From a bacterium (GTDB lineage: Bacteria > Elusimicrobiota > Elusimicrobia > Elusimicrobiales > UBA9959), in the NCBI GenBank assembly GCA_021811315.1, contig JAJZPF010000001.1, positions 206,153 through 270,152 on the forward strand: a DNA stretch of 64,000 bases, given 5' to 3'. Below, one piece after another: positions 53,327 to 61,984 of this stretch. The position numbers were made by a program, and so were the translations under genes. Each line of letters starts with the position of its first letter. Position 1 is the first letter of the stretch. The notes beneath the pieces were generated by a model, which saw nothing but the letters and a program-made list of their open reading frames with translations, searched no databases and had not been told where the DNA came from.

Positions 53327-53695
53327 ATGAATATTCCTAATAAATGTCCATCTTGCAGCGGAAAAGTAGTAGTAACCGAATTATGCTGCTCTGATTGCAA
53401 AACAACGGTAAAGGGAAGTTTTGAGCTTCCTTCTTTTGCGACGCTATCCCAGGAAGATGAAAGTTTTTTGCGGGTTTTCCTCGCGGCGCGCGGCAATATA
53501 AAAGAAGTCGAGCGGCAGCTTGGTATCTCCTATCCTACCGTTAAGGGCAGGCTTGACGCTCTTTTGAACAGGCTCGGTTTGGGCAGTCTGCAGACAGAAG
53601 CGAAGAAGCGCCGGCTCGAGATCGTGGAGAGGTTGGAGAGGGGGGAAATAACCGCCCAGGAAGCCATCGGCTTGCTGAAAGGCCTCGAAGCTTAA
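53327..53695 (+). CDS. DUF2089-type zinc-ribbon + HTH protein
   Basis: 122-aa ORF. CPSCSGKVVVTELCCSDCKT zinc ribbon. FLRVFLAARGNIKEVERQLGISYPTVKGRL HTH. Confidence 0.75.
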   Translation: MNIPNKCPSCSGKVVVTELCCSDCKTTVKGSFELPSFATLSQEDESFLRVFLAARGNIKEVERQLGISYPTVKGRLDALLNRLGLGSLQTEAKKRRLEIVERLERGEITAQEAIGLLKGLEA

Positions 53696-53704
53696 GGAGA
53701 AAAT

Positions 53705-54073
53705 ATGAACGAAGAAAAACTGCGGATACTTAAAATGCTGGAAGAAAAAAAGATCTCTTCCGCCGAGGCGATGGAGCTGCTGGAAGCTCTGGGAAAAGCC
53801 GCCCCGGAGAGCGGCGCGGCCGGGAGGGGAAGAACTCTCCGCATCCGCGTTTACGAGAGCGGCAGCGCCGAGCTTAAAGTAAATGTCAACGTCCCCCTGG
53901 GCTGGGCCAAGTTCATGGCGCCCTTTATAGAAAGTAAAATAAAGTCTAAACTGGCGGACAAAGGTTATGACGTGGACCTGGGGAAGATCCAGGAAGCCAT
54001 AGACAACCAGGAGCCGATGAAAATAATTGATGTGCAGGATGGCGGGGATAAAGTTGAGATATTTATTGAGTAG
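53705..54073 (+). CDS. SHOCT-like / YvlB N-terminal-domain protein
   Basis: 122-aa ORF. LRILKMLEEKKISSAEAMELLEAL motif. It is a usual neighbour of DUF2089 genes. Confidence 0.65.
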   Translation: MNEEKLRILKMLEEKKISSAEAMELLEALGKAAPESGAAGRGRTLRIRVYESGSAELKVNVNVPLGWAKFMAPFIESKIKSKLADKGYDVDLGKIQEAIDNQEPMKIIDVQDGGDKVEIFIE

Positions 54074-54088
54074 GCGCATAGGGGGGAT

Positions 54089-54104
54089 GTTTTCACGTGA
54101 AAAC
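54089..54104. promoter_or_regulatory. parS-like centromere site 1
   Basis: Perfect 16-bp palindrome GTTTTCACGTGAAAAC. It shares the central TTTCACGTGAAA with the canonical parS tGTTTCACGTGAAACa. Confidence 0.7.
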
Positions 54105-54137
54105 TGGCCTCTCTGAAAATACCATGAAGAGGTTTTT

Positions 54138-54170
54138 GCCCCTAAAGTCTGGACTTTAGGGGCATTTTCT
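54138..54170 (+). terminator. Rho-independent terminator
   Basis: gcccctaaagtc / gactttaggggc 12-bp stem followed by ATTTTCTT. Confidence 0.75.
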
Positions 54171-54190
54171 TGTGCAGAGACTTGAAAAAT

Positions 54191-54206
54191 GTTTTCACGT
54201 GTAAAC
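54191..54206. promoter_or_regulatory. parS-like centromere site 2 (one mismatch)
   Basis: GTTTTCACGTGTAAAC. Confidence 0.55.
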
Positions 54207-54345
54207 AAAATAGATTTTGGATTAGTACAGGATATTGCTGCGGGTTTTGCGCAAGCGTCCGGGAGGCGCATTGTTTTTGGAGGGGGAAGTATTTGACTTG
54301 TCTGGATTAAAACTATAGAATAGTTGGGCGGTTTAACAGAAAGAT

Positions 54346-54361
54346 GTTTTCACGTGAAAAC
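54346..54361. promoter_or_regulatory. parS-like centromere site 3
   Basis: Perfect GTTTTCACGTGAAAAC, 45 nt upstream of the parA ATG. Confidence 0.7.
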
Positions 54362-54406
54362 TTCAGATAAATCTCTTGGGATATAAAACAAAGGGTTGGA
54401 GCATAT

Positions 54407-55249
54407 ATGGCTGAAATTGTGGCGATAGCGAACCAAAAAGGCGGCGTTGGCAAGACCACCACATCTATTAATTTAGCTGTGGCCCTGGCGGCTTTCGATT
54501 ATGAGACGCTCCTTATAGACTTCGATCCTCAAAGCAATGCCACCTCCGGTCTCGGCGTGGACATTACAAAGAACAATAAAAATATTTACGACGTGCTCTG
54601 CGGGAAAGCCCCGGCGGAGTCCGCTATACACCAGACTTCCGTCGAGTGGCTGGATATTATTCCTACCAGCCATAACCTCGCCGGCGCGGAGATAGAGCTG
54701 GTAAGCGAATTCTCCCGCGAGTCCGTCCTTAAGCGCTCGCTGGAGAAAGTTAAAGGAATGTATAAATTCATTATAATAGACTGCCCTCCTTCCCTGGGGC
54801 TGCTTACTATTAACGCGCTTAACGCTTCAAATTCTGTCCTGACCCCCGTCCAGTGCGAATTTTACGCTATGGAGGGCCTTGCCTACTTTATGAATACCGT
54901 GGAGAAGATCCGCCAGGCGCTCAACCCCGGGCTCAAGATAGACGGCGGCGTGATAACGATGTATGATTCCCGCATAAACCTCGCTAACCAGGTGAGGGGG
55001 GAAATAGGCAAGTATTACGGCGAGAAGCTTTATAAGACGGTCATTCCGCGCAATGTGCGCCTTGCTGAGGCTCCCAGTTTCGGCCAGCCCATTTTTATTT
55101 ACGACCCGAGCTCGCGCGGCGCCCTTGCTTATAAAGAGCTGACCCTTGAGTTCCTCGAGCGGCGCGGAGTGGACACTTCTGTTCATAAAAAATCCGACCT
55201 GTACGTAACCGAAGAAGCCGGCGAATTAGAATACGACCTCGGCGGCTGA
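54407..55249 (+). CDS. parA: Chromosome partitioning ATPase ParA/Soj
   Basis: 280-aa ORF. Deviant Walker A ANQKGGVGKTTT, IIIDCPPSLG. Confidence 0.95.
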   Translation: MAEIVAIANQKGGVGKTTTSINLAVALAAFDYETLLIDFDPQSNATSGLGVDITKNNKNIYDVLCGKAPAESAIHQTSVEWLDIIPTSHNLAGAEIELVSEFSRESVLKRSLEKVKGMYKFIIIDCPPSLGLLTINALNASNSVLTPVQCEFYAMEGLAYFMNTVEKIRQALNPGLKIDGGVITMYDSRINLANQVRGEIGKYYGEKLYKTVIPRNVRLAEAPSFGQPIFIYDPSSRGALAYKELTLEFLERRGVDTSVHKKSDLYVTEEAGELEYDLGG

Positions 55250-55337
55250 CCTGTCGAGGCTTCGCCTCGACATAAAACTTATTGAGGCTCAACCTCGATA
55301 GGGAATCTGATTTGTGCTTGTTATTTAAGGAGAATAT

Positions 55338-56207
55338 ATGAGGAAAGCTTTAGGACGCGGGATAGATTCGCTGATCAGCAAGGTGCAGGATAATGATATT
55401 TCCGGGGATATCGTGCAGAGGATACCGATCGGAAAAGTGCGCCCGAACCGGCACCAGCCGCGCCGGAATTTCGACGAAGCCGCCCTGGCGGAATTGTCTG
55501 ATTCTATCAAGACCAGGGGGCTTTTGCAGCCTATTTCCGTGTGGAAGGACGCGAATGAGGACGGCTATGAATTGATCGCCGGGGAGCGCCGCCTGCGCGC
55601 CGCGAAGCTGGCCGGCTTGGCCGATATCGACGCTATCGTCAAGAAAAACCTGAACGAGGAGCAGAAGCTGGGGCTGGCGCTGATGGAAAATATCCAGCGC
55701 GAGGACCTTAACGCTATCGACACGGCGCTGGCCTATAAACAGCTGATGGATAAGTTCAGCGTTTCCCAGTCGGACATCGCCAAGCAGGTGCACAAATCCC
55801 GCGGCGCCGTTTCCAATACCCTGCGGCTGCTGGAGCTCGACGAGGATATCCGCCAGGGGATACAGGCGGGGAGTATCAGCGAGGGGCACGCCCGCGCGCT
55901 TATCTCCATCCCTGATTCGGCCAAGCGGCGCGAATATTACCAGCGGATAATGACGGAGAAGCTTTCCGTGCGCGACGTGGAGAGCTTCGCCCAGGGCTTC
56001 CACGCCGACAAGCCCAGGGCGCCGAGGGCGCCCCGCGCGGGCTCGCGCCGCACGCCCGAGGTCGCGGCCCTGGAATCCTCGCTTGAGAAGAGCCTGGGCA
56101 CCAAGGTTGAGGTCTGTCCCGGGCCGGGCCCGGAGAATGGTAAAATAATAATACATTACTTCTCGCTGGACGATATCGAAAGAGTAACACGGATTTTAAA
56201 AAAGTAG
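55338..56207 (+). CDS. parB: Chromosome partitioning protein ParB/Spo0J
   Basis: 289-aa ORF. GLLQPISV, IAGERRLRAAKLAGL, ALMENIQREDLN, HTH region. Confidence 0.95.
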   Translation: MRKALGRGIDSLISKVQDNDISGDIVQRIPIGKVRPNRHQPRRNFDEAALAELSDSIKTRGLLQPISVWKDANEDGYELIAGERRLRAAKLAGLADIDAIVKKNLNEEQKLGLALMENIQREDLNAIDTALAYKQLMDKFSVSQSDIAKQVHKSRGAVSNTLRLLELDEDIRQGIQAGSISEGHARALISIPDSAKRREYYQRIMTEKLSVRDVESFAQGFHADKPRAPRAPRAGSRRTPEVAALESSLEKSLGTKVEVCPGPGPENGKIIIHYFSLDDIERVTRILKK

Positions 56208-56224
56208 CACGACAGGATTTATTA

Positions 56225-57292
56225 ATGCGCTATCTGCTCGCGTCGGCCCTGCTGGCCTGTAGTTTTTCCGCCGCCCGCGCCCAGGCGCCCTCTCAGGAGG
56301 CCGGGAAAGGTCCCGTGTTTTCCGCCAGGTCGCCGGTGCCGGCGTATTTCTCCCCGGAAAAGAACCTCGGGCGGCATTACCTTTACGCCGACGGCGGCTT
56401 CCACGCGGACTGGTACGTAGGGTACAATAACTGCTGGATCATAAAGCTGCCGCCGGTGCCCACGGGCGGCTTCTCCAAAGCCTTCCTCGGCGCGAAACTC
56501 GGCCGGGCCAAGATAATGTCGTGGCCGGCCTCCTGGGACACGACCCCCATACCCGGCAAGATCTATATGGCGCTCAACCAGGCGCCCACCTTCAATTCCG
56601 ACCACACTTATTTCCTCGTCGACGCGGCCGACCTGCCGCGCGAGCCGCTGCCCAACGATTCGCTCGACGGCGTCGACTCCGCGCGCTGGGTCTGGGCGGA
56701 GATCCCGCTCTCCCGGGTCTCTTCGGAGAAAGACAATTACCTGGCGCTCTGGTCCTCCTCGCGCTATTTCACCTCGGCTTCCAGCTCGCCCATCCTGGCC
56801 GCCGCAATGAGCGGCGGCGAGGCGGAGGACGTCTGGATCAACCGCTCGATAAAAGGAAACGCGCCGTCGGGCGAAGGGGTGCTGGAAACCCCTATTTCGG
56901 GCATCAAGCCCGCGATGGCCATCAAGCTGGTGCCGCTTAACGAGTACAAGGTTTACGTGAAGGGTTTCGCGGCCGAACTGACCCAGTCCGAGATAAACGT
57001 CTCTTTTTCCGCCATCGGCGAGGATATCCGCGCCGCCTGGCTGGAGGTTTCCTACGACAAGTTCGACTGGCAGCGCGTAACGCGCTACTTTTTCAAGGCG
57101 CCGTATTTCTGGACCTTCGGGCGGGACGCGATCTCCAAGGAGATGTTCTACCTGCGGGCGGCCGCTATCGACAACCTGGAGAACGTGGGCTATTCTATGT
57201 CAATAACCGTCCCCGCTCTCCCCGCGGCGCAAGCGGCGCCGGCGGCGACCGCGGCCCCGGCGGAGGAGCGGCAGGACGAAAGCGAAGATTGA
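56225..57292 (+). CDS. Secreted hypothetical protein
   Basis: 355-aa ORF. Signal peptide MRYLLASALLACSFSAARAQA. Ala/Pro-rich acidic tail. No recognised domain. Confidence 0.6.
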   Translation: MRYLLASALLACSFSAARAQAPSQEAGKGPVFSARSPVPAYFSPEKNLGRHYLYADGGFHADWYVGYNNCWIIKLPPVPTGGFSKAFLGAKLGRAKIMSWPASWDTTPIPGKIYMALNQAPTFNSDHTYFLVDAADLPREPLPNDSLDGVDSARWVWAEIPLSRVSSEKDNYLALWSSSRYFTSASSSPILAAAMSGGEAEDVWINRSIKGNAPSGEGVLETPISGIKPAMAIKLVPLNEYKVYVKGFAAELTQSEINVSFSAIGEDIRAAWLEVSYDKFDWQRVTRYFFKAPYFWTFGRDAISKEMFYLRAAAIDNLENVGYSMSITVPALPAAQAAPAATAAPAEERQDESED

Positions 57293-57296
57293 AACT

Positions 57297-58304
57297 ATGA
57301 AAAAATTTAACGTCGCGGTCGTTGGAGCCTCGGGCATGGTCGGGGGGGAACTGCTCGGCCTGCTGGAGAGCCGGCGCTTTCCCGTCGGGGAATTTTATCC
57401 TTTCAATTCCGGCAGGAAGCCCGCCGCCGTGGTTTTCCGCGGTAAAAAATACGCCTGCGCGGCGCCCTCGCTCGAGGCCCTGAAAAAAGCCGATATAGCT
57501 TTCTTCGTTTCCACCGACGAGGTGGCCGCGGAATTCGCGCCTCGCCTGGCCGCGGCCGGGACCTGGTGCGTGGACGATTCCGCTTTCTTCCGGCTCGCGC
57601 CGGGAGTCCCCCTCGTCATCCCCGAGGTCAACGCCGCCGAGCTGAAGCCCTCTAAAAAACTTATCGCCGGCCCTAACTGCACGCTCACCGGCGCGGCGGT
57701 GGCGCTGGCGGAGATACACCGCAGGTTCCGGATCACCGAGCTCAGGCTCGCCACCTACCAGGCCGTTTCAGGCGCCGGCAAAGCCGCCATGGGCGAGCTG
57801 GAAGAGGAGCTGAAGACCTATTTTAAAAAAGGCGCCGTGCCGAAGCTGAAGAACGGGAAATTCCCGCGCCCTATCGCCTTCAATCTTTTTCCCCAGGTCG
57901 GCGGCTTCGACGAGGACGGCAATTCCGGCGAGGAGAACAAGGTGGAGGCCGAGCTGAAAAAGATCTGGGGCGACAAAAAGATCAGGATCAGCGTCACGGC
58001 CGTCCGGGTTCCGGTGCTGCGCGGCCATTCGCTGGCCGCCTGGTTCAAGGTCGCGCGGCCCTGCTCCGAAGGCGCGCTTAAAAAAGAGCTGCGGCGCACC
58101 GCGGGCCTCAAATTCTTTGAGAAGCCCGGGGATTATCCGACGCCGCTCGAGCACGGCCAGCGCACGGAGATAGTTTACGCCGGGCGCCTGCGCCGGGCCA
58201 GGACCGCGGCCAATGAATTCCAGCTCTGGATAGTTTCGGACAACCTTTACAAAGGCGCGGCGCTTAATTCCGTGCAGATAGCCGAGAAGATAGCGAAGCT
58301 TTGA
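57297..58304 (+). CDS. asd: Aspartate-semialdehyde dehydrogenase
   Basis: 335-aa ORF. VAVVGASGMVG, active-site IAGPNCT, YQAVSGAG. Confidence 0.93.
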   Translation: MKKFNVAVVGASGMVGGELLGLLESRRFPVGEFYPFNSGRKPAAVVFRGKKYACAAPSLEALKKADIAFFVSTDEVAAEFAPRLAAAGTWCVDDSAFFRLAPGVPLVIPEVNAAELKPSKKLIAGPNCTLTGAAVALAEIHRRFRITELRLATYQAVSGAGKAAMGELEEELKTYFKKGAVPKLKNGKFPRPIAFNLFPQVGGFDEDGNSGEENKVEAELKKIWGDKKIRISVTAVRVPVLRGHSLAAWFKVARPCSEGALKKELRRTAGLKFFEKPGDYPTPLEHGQRTEIVYAGRLRRARTAANEFQLWIVSDNLYKGAALNSVQIAEKIAKL

Positions 58305-58345
58305 ATATTTTTAGCGGCAGGCAGGTTCAGAAGGGGGATAAAAAA

Positions 58346-58636
58346 ATGAAGACCCGTATCGCTTTCGCAATTCTTGCGGCGGCCCTCGGCTTCGCTTCCT
58401 GTAAAAAGAAGCAGCCGGAAACCGTTCCCGTGCCCAAGGCCGAACCGCCGCCCATGACCGCGGCGGCCGTCTCCACGGCGCCGGTTTTCAGCCAGAACCC
58501 GCTGGAGGCGCCCGGCAACTACCTTAAAACTACCGTCGGGCATGTAAAAGAGGCCAAGGCCGCCAAGGCTCTTTTTGAAAAGACGGCCCTGGACGAAATG
58601 AAAAGCGCGGACCTGAACAATACCGGCGGCAACTAG
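58346..58636 (+). CDS. Small lipoprotein (unknown)
   Basis: ATG at 58346 after AAGGGGGA. Lipobox LGFASC. 96 aa. Confidence 0.65.
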   Translation: MKTRIAFAILAAALGFASCKKKQPETVPVPKAEPPPMTAAAVSTAPVFSQNPLEAPGNYLKTTVGHVKEAKAAKALFEKTALDEMKSADLNNTGGN

Positions 58637-58687
58637 GCGCGGCGAAGCGGCGCCTGTCGGGGCGCCAATAAGAAAAGGGGGAGTAAA

Positions 58688-59332
58688 ATGAACGTAACTA
58701 TATTAGCGGCTGCGGCCATCGTAGCGGCCATCGTGATCAGCCAGGTCTTGAAATATGTGAAAGGGCAGCGCGGGCGCGATATGTCCTCCCTGGCCGCTAC
58801 GGCCTCGGTGGACCTTGAGGAATACGGCCCGGAGCTTAAGCTGCTTGAAGGTACCGGGCTGCCTTTTTTTGTAGACGGCCGGAGCGGCGTCGGCAGGTAT
58901 CTGCTCAGATTCCCGGAGCAGGACGGGGCCAAAGCCTGTTATTTTGATTATTCATGCCTGCTTGGCTACGGAAAGGAGCAGATAAAGCGCCAGTCCACCG
59001 TGGCGCTTTTCGATTTCAATAAAGGGGCTTTCCCCGATTTCCACCTGTCCGCAGAAGGAAATTTCGAGAAAGAAACGTCCGGGCTGGAACCTGTCGATAT
59101 GGCGCTCTTCAGCGGCTTACCGCCCGGCGCTAAGCTGTACGGACGCGACCTGGCCGCGCTCAAAAAACTTTTTACCCCTGAGATCGCGGCCTGTTTCTCC
59201 GAGCACCCCGGCTGGAGCGCCCAGGGCGCGGGGCGCTACCTGGTGATGTATAAAGGCCATAAGCTTCTAAACACCGGGAAATACAGGGAGTTCATGGCCG
59301 AGGCTGAAAAACTTGCCTTTAACCTGGCCTAG
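58688..59332 (+). CDS. Single-TM-anchored hypothetical protein (paralog family A)
   Basis: 214-aa ORF. N-terminal TM, then a ~180-aa domain that aligns by eye with 59354..60010. Confidence 0.6.
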   Translation: MNVTILAAAAIVAAIVISQVLKYVKGQRGRDMSSLAATASVDLEEYGPELKLLEGTGLPFFVDGRSGVGRYLLRFPEQDGAKACYFDYSCLLGYGKEQIKRQSTVALFDFNKGAFPDFHLSAEGNFEKETSGLEPVDMALFSGLPPGAKLYGRDLAALKKLFTPEIAACFSEHPGWSAQGAGRYLVMYKGHKLLNTGKYREFMAEAEKLAFNLA

Positions 59333-59353
59333 AAACAACCGAAGAGAGGAAAA

Positions 59354-60010
59354 ATGAACGGCGTTTACTCTAACCCGGTTTTTATTCTTTTGGGAGTCGC
59401 GGCTGTTTTTATCGCCCTGGTGCTGTATTTCAGATGGAAGCGCGCCAGGGACCTCGGCGAGCTGGCCGCCTCCATGGGGCTGCAATTCCTGCCCGACGGG
59501 CCCGAGCTTAATACTCTTGAAAATACCGGGCTTGAAATTTTCAGGCTGGGGCACTCCAGGAAAGCGGCCAATCTGGTGCAGGTCCAGTCCCGCGCCGGGA
59601 CGGTGAATATTTTTGACTACCGCTTTACCATTGGCCACGGCAAAGGCAGCTCTACGCGCGCTTATACGCTGGCGCTTATGGCCTGCTCCCGCTGCTCCGT
59701 CCCGGTTTTCGAGCTGAAACCCGAGACCCTGCTCTATAAAATAGGCGAGGCGATAGGCTTTAAAGATATAGACTTGCCGGCCTTCCCGCTGTTTTCTGAC
59801 AAGTACCGGCTGACCGGGCCGGACGAATCGGCGGTGCACATGTTCTTCACGCCCCAACGCGCCGCCTGGTTCGAGCGGAACCTCGGCCTCCGGGTGCAGG
59901 GCGCCCCCGGCCATATTGTGATGTTCAAGCAAGAAGCCCAGCTCCCGGTGAATTCCTGGCCTGATTTTATTGAAGAAGTGAAAGCTTTCGCCGCCGAAGT
60001 CCTGGGATAA
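59354..60010 (+). CDS. Single-TM-anchored hypothetical protein (paralog family A)
   Basis: 218-aa ORF with the same architecture as 58688..59332 (xLAAsxxLxx...GPEL..LE.TGL.. / F.L..E). Confidence 0.6.
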   Translation: MNGVYSNPVFILLGVAAVFIALVLYFRWKRARDLGELAASMGLQFLPDGPELNTLENTGLEIFRLGHSRKAANLVQVQSRAGTVNIFDYRFTIGHGKGSSTRAYTLALMACSRCSVPVFELKPETLLYKIGEAIGFKDIDLPAFPLFSDKYRLTGPDESAVHMFFTPQRAAWFERNLGLRVQGAPGHIVMFKQEAQLPVNSWPDFIEEVKAFAAEVLG

Positions 60011-60016
60011 AGCGGT

Positions 60017-60051
60017 AAAAAACTGGGAACGGGGGGTAAGCCCCCGCTCCC
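60017..60051 (-). terminator. Rho-independent terminator for the YtxH gene
   Basis: gggaacgggggg-taa-gcccccgctccc. On the minus strand it is followed by AGTTTTTTACC. Confidence 0.65.
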
Positions 60052-60088
60052 GGAAACAGTCGGCCGCCGGGAAAACCCGGATCTTACT

Positions 60089-60403
60089 TTACCGCAGTTC
60101 TTTGTTTATGTGTTCCCAGGCCCCTTTCAGGTCCTTGGTAAGCCGCTTTAACTCCTCGGCCCCTACCTTTTCCGCTCGCTCGTAGCGGGCCGCCGCCTCG
60201 TCCACCAGCCTGTAATAATCCTCTTTCTTTATTTCACGCAGCTCTTCTATCTTCTCAAGTATCTCGCCTTTCATCTTAAGCGTCCAGCCCCGCACGGCTT
60301 CGCGGTTCTTCTCTCCATTTTTCCCCGTGAGGAAATATGTCCCCAGCGCCGCCAGCGCAGCTATGCCGATGCCGGTCCCGATCACTTTTTCAGTTGTTTT
60401 CAT
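60089..60403 (-). CDS. YtxH-domain protein
   Basis: 104-aa ORF. N-terminal TM (GTGIGIAALAALGTYFL), then a charged helical region typical of YtxH. Confidence 0.7.
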   Translation of the reverse strand: MKTTEKVIGTGIGIAALAALGTYFLTGKNGEKNREAVRGWTLKMKGEILEKIEELREIKKEDYYRLVDEAAARYERAEKVGAEELKRLTKDLKGAWEHINKELR

Positions 60404-60542
60404 TTCGCCCCCTTGGTTTTACCGCCGCCGGCGCCGCTTTTCGGCTTAGCCCCGGTCCTTAACCCGTGAAAACATTGTATCTAAACCCGCCCGGGAGGTT
60501 AATAGCCTTTTAGGGTGGTCCGGATCTTGCCTGCCTGCGGCC

Positions 60543-60570
60543 TTGACAAGTCAAGATATTCGCTTATAAT
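60543..60570 (+). promoter_or_regulatory. Consensus sigma70 promoter TTGACA-16-TATAAT
   Basis: TTGACA at 60543-60548 and TATAAT at 60565-60570. The predicted ~90-110-nt leader contains the palindrome taggccttaaggccta. Confidence 0.55.
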
Positions 60571-60666
60571 ATATATGCACCGTCGATGGTCCAATAATGC
60601 TTGCTTGGTATAGGCCTTAAGGCCTATTACTGCCTGGGGCTTAGGGCCTTTGATTAAAGTCAAACA

Positions 60667-61983
60667 ATGTACGAAAATATTACTATGAAACGCGTCTTCC
60701 TTACTTTAGCGGTACTGGCCGCGATGACCGTGGGCTTAAAAGCCCAGGGCGCTTCATTCGACAGCCTGATGTCTGACCTGCCCCGCCCTTCGGCCGTTGA
60801 GGTTTCCGCTCCCGCTCCCGTGGACGCGGCCCCGAAAGCTTCCTCCACCGCCGCCTCGGAGCGCGAATGGCTGGTCCTGGTTTTCATAAACGGCGTGAAC
60901 GACCTGGGCATCCTCGGCTACGCGAACAAAGATATAAACGAAATGGAGCAGGTCGGCTCCTCCGACAAGATGGCCGTAGTGGTGGAATACGGCATCCTCG
61001 GGATAGACGATGAAACGGGCAGGAACCTCCAGTTCCCCCGCGGCTCGAAAACCATCTACATCACCCGCGACGCGGACCCTTCTAAAATAACTTCTCCGGT
61101 TATCTATCCTTCTAATGACGCCGACATGGGCAGCGAAGCCAACTTGGTCCGCTTCGTAAAGCGCGGCCTGCGCAAATACCCGGCTAAAAAAGTCGCGGTG
61201 ATACTCTGGAACCACGGCGCCGGCCGCCTGGGCATTTCTTTCGACGACGTAAGCAAGAACTATATGGAAGTGGACAGGCTGGGCGCGGCGCTGGCTCAGA
61301 TAAAAGGCGTCCTGGGCCGCAATATAGACGTTTTCGCCACCGACGCCTGCCTGATGCAGATGGCCAGCGTTGCCTATGAATTAGGAAGGTCGGCGGATGT
61401 TATTGTGGGCTCGGAAGAAGAGGTTCCCGGCAACGGCTATAAGTACAACGCCCTGCTTGGCCGGCTTTCGGCCGACCCCTCAATGGGCGCCGAGGCTCTC
61501 GGCCGGGCGATGGTGGAGACCTACGGGGCCAGCTACGGCTTCGACGCTACCCTTTCGGCGATCAGGACCTCGGCCCTGCCCGGTTTCGTGGGCGCGCTGA
61601 ACAACTGGGTAATGGCGGTAAAGGGGGACAGGGAGGCTTTCGCGGCCGCCACCGACGCTTCGCTTATCGGGGAAACCTCAAGGTTCAGCCAGAAAGAATC
61701 GAAAGACCTGGTAGACTATCTTGAAAGGGTGGAAGCCGAGCTCCCGGCCAGCCAGCCCGTCAAAGCTGCCGGAGCCAATTTAAGGAATTATCTTTCCAAC
61801 GGGCTTATTATAGATACCGTAGCGAAGCCGGCGAACAGGAAGCCTTACACCAAGGCCAGCGGCCTTGCGATCTATATACCGGACCTGCAGTATAACTCGG
61901 CCAACTATGAGAAACTCGCTTTCGCCGGCGATTCGCTCTGGGGCGATTTCCTGCTGGCGATGATGAAAGAGAGGCTTAAGTAA
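60667..61983 (+). CDS. Secreted clostripain-like cysteine peptidase (C11 family), second paralog
   Basis: 438-aa ORF (the likely start is 60685, MKRVFLTLAVLAAMTVGLKAQG). WLVLVFINGVND, His motif ILWNHGAGRLG, Cys motif FATDACLMQMAS. Confidence 0.75.
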   Translation: MYENITMKRVFLTLAVLAAMTVGLKAQGASFDSLMSDLPRPSAVEVSAPAPVDAAPKASSTAASEREWLVLVFINGVNDLGILGYANKDINEMEQVGSSDKMAVVVEYGILGIDDETGRNLQFPRGSKTIYITRDADPSKITSPVIYPSNDADMGSEANLVRFVKRGLRKYPAKKVAVILWNHGAGRLGISFDDVSKNYMEVDRLGAALAQIKGVLGRNIDVFATDACLMQMASVAYELGRSADVIVGSEEEVPGNGYKYNALLGRLSADPSMGAEALGRAMVETYGASYGFDATLSAIRTSALPGFVGALNNWVMAVKGDREAFAAATDASLIGETSRFSQKESKDLVDYLERVEAELPASQPVKAAGANLRNYLSNGLIIDTVAKPANRKPYTKASGLAIYIPDLQYNSANYEKLAFAGDSLWGDFLLAMMKERLK

Positions 61984-61984
61984 T

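Noticed and set aside
55250-55337. Hairpins between parA and parB (gtcgaggc-ttc-gcctcgac, and a partial second copy) as a terminator.
   Set aside because: No U-run follows, and parA-parB are normally co-transcribed. It may be a minor structural element at most.
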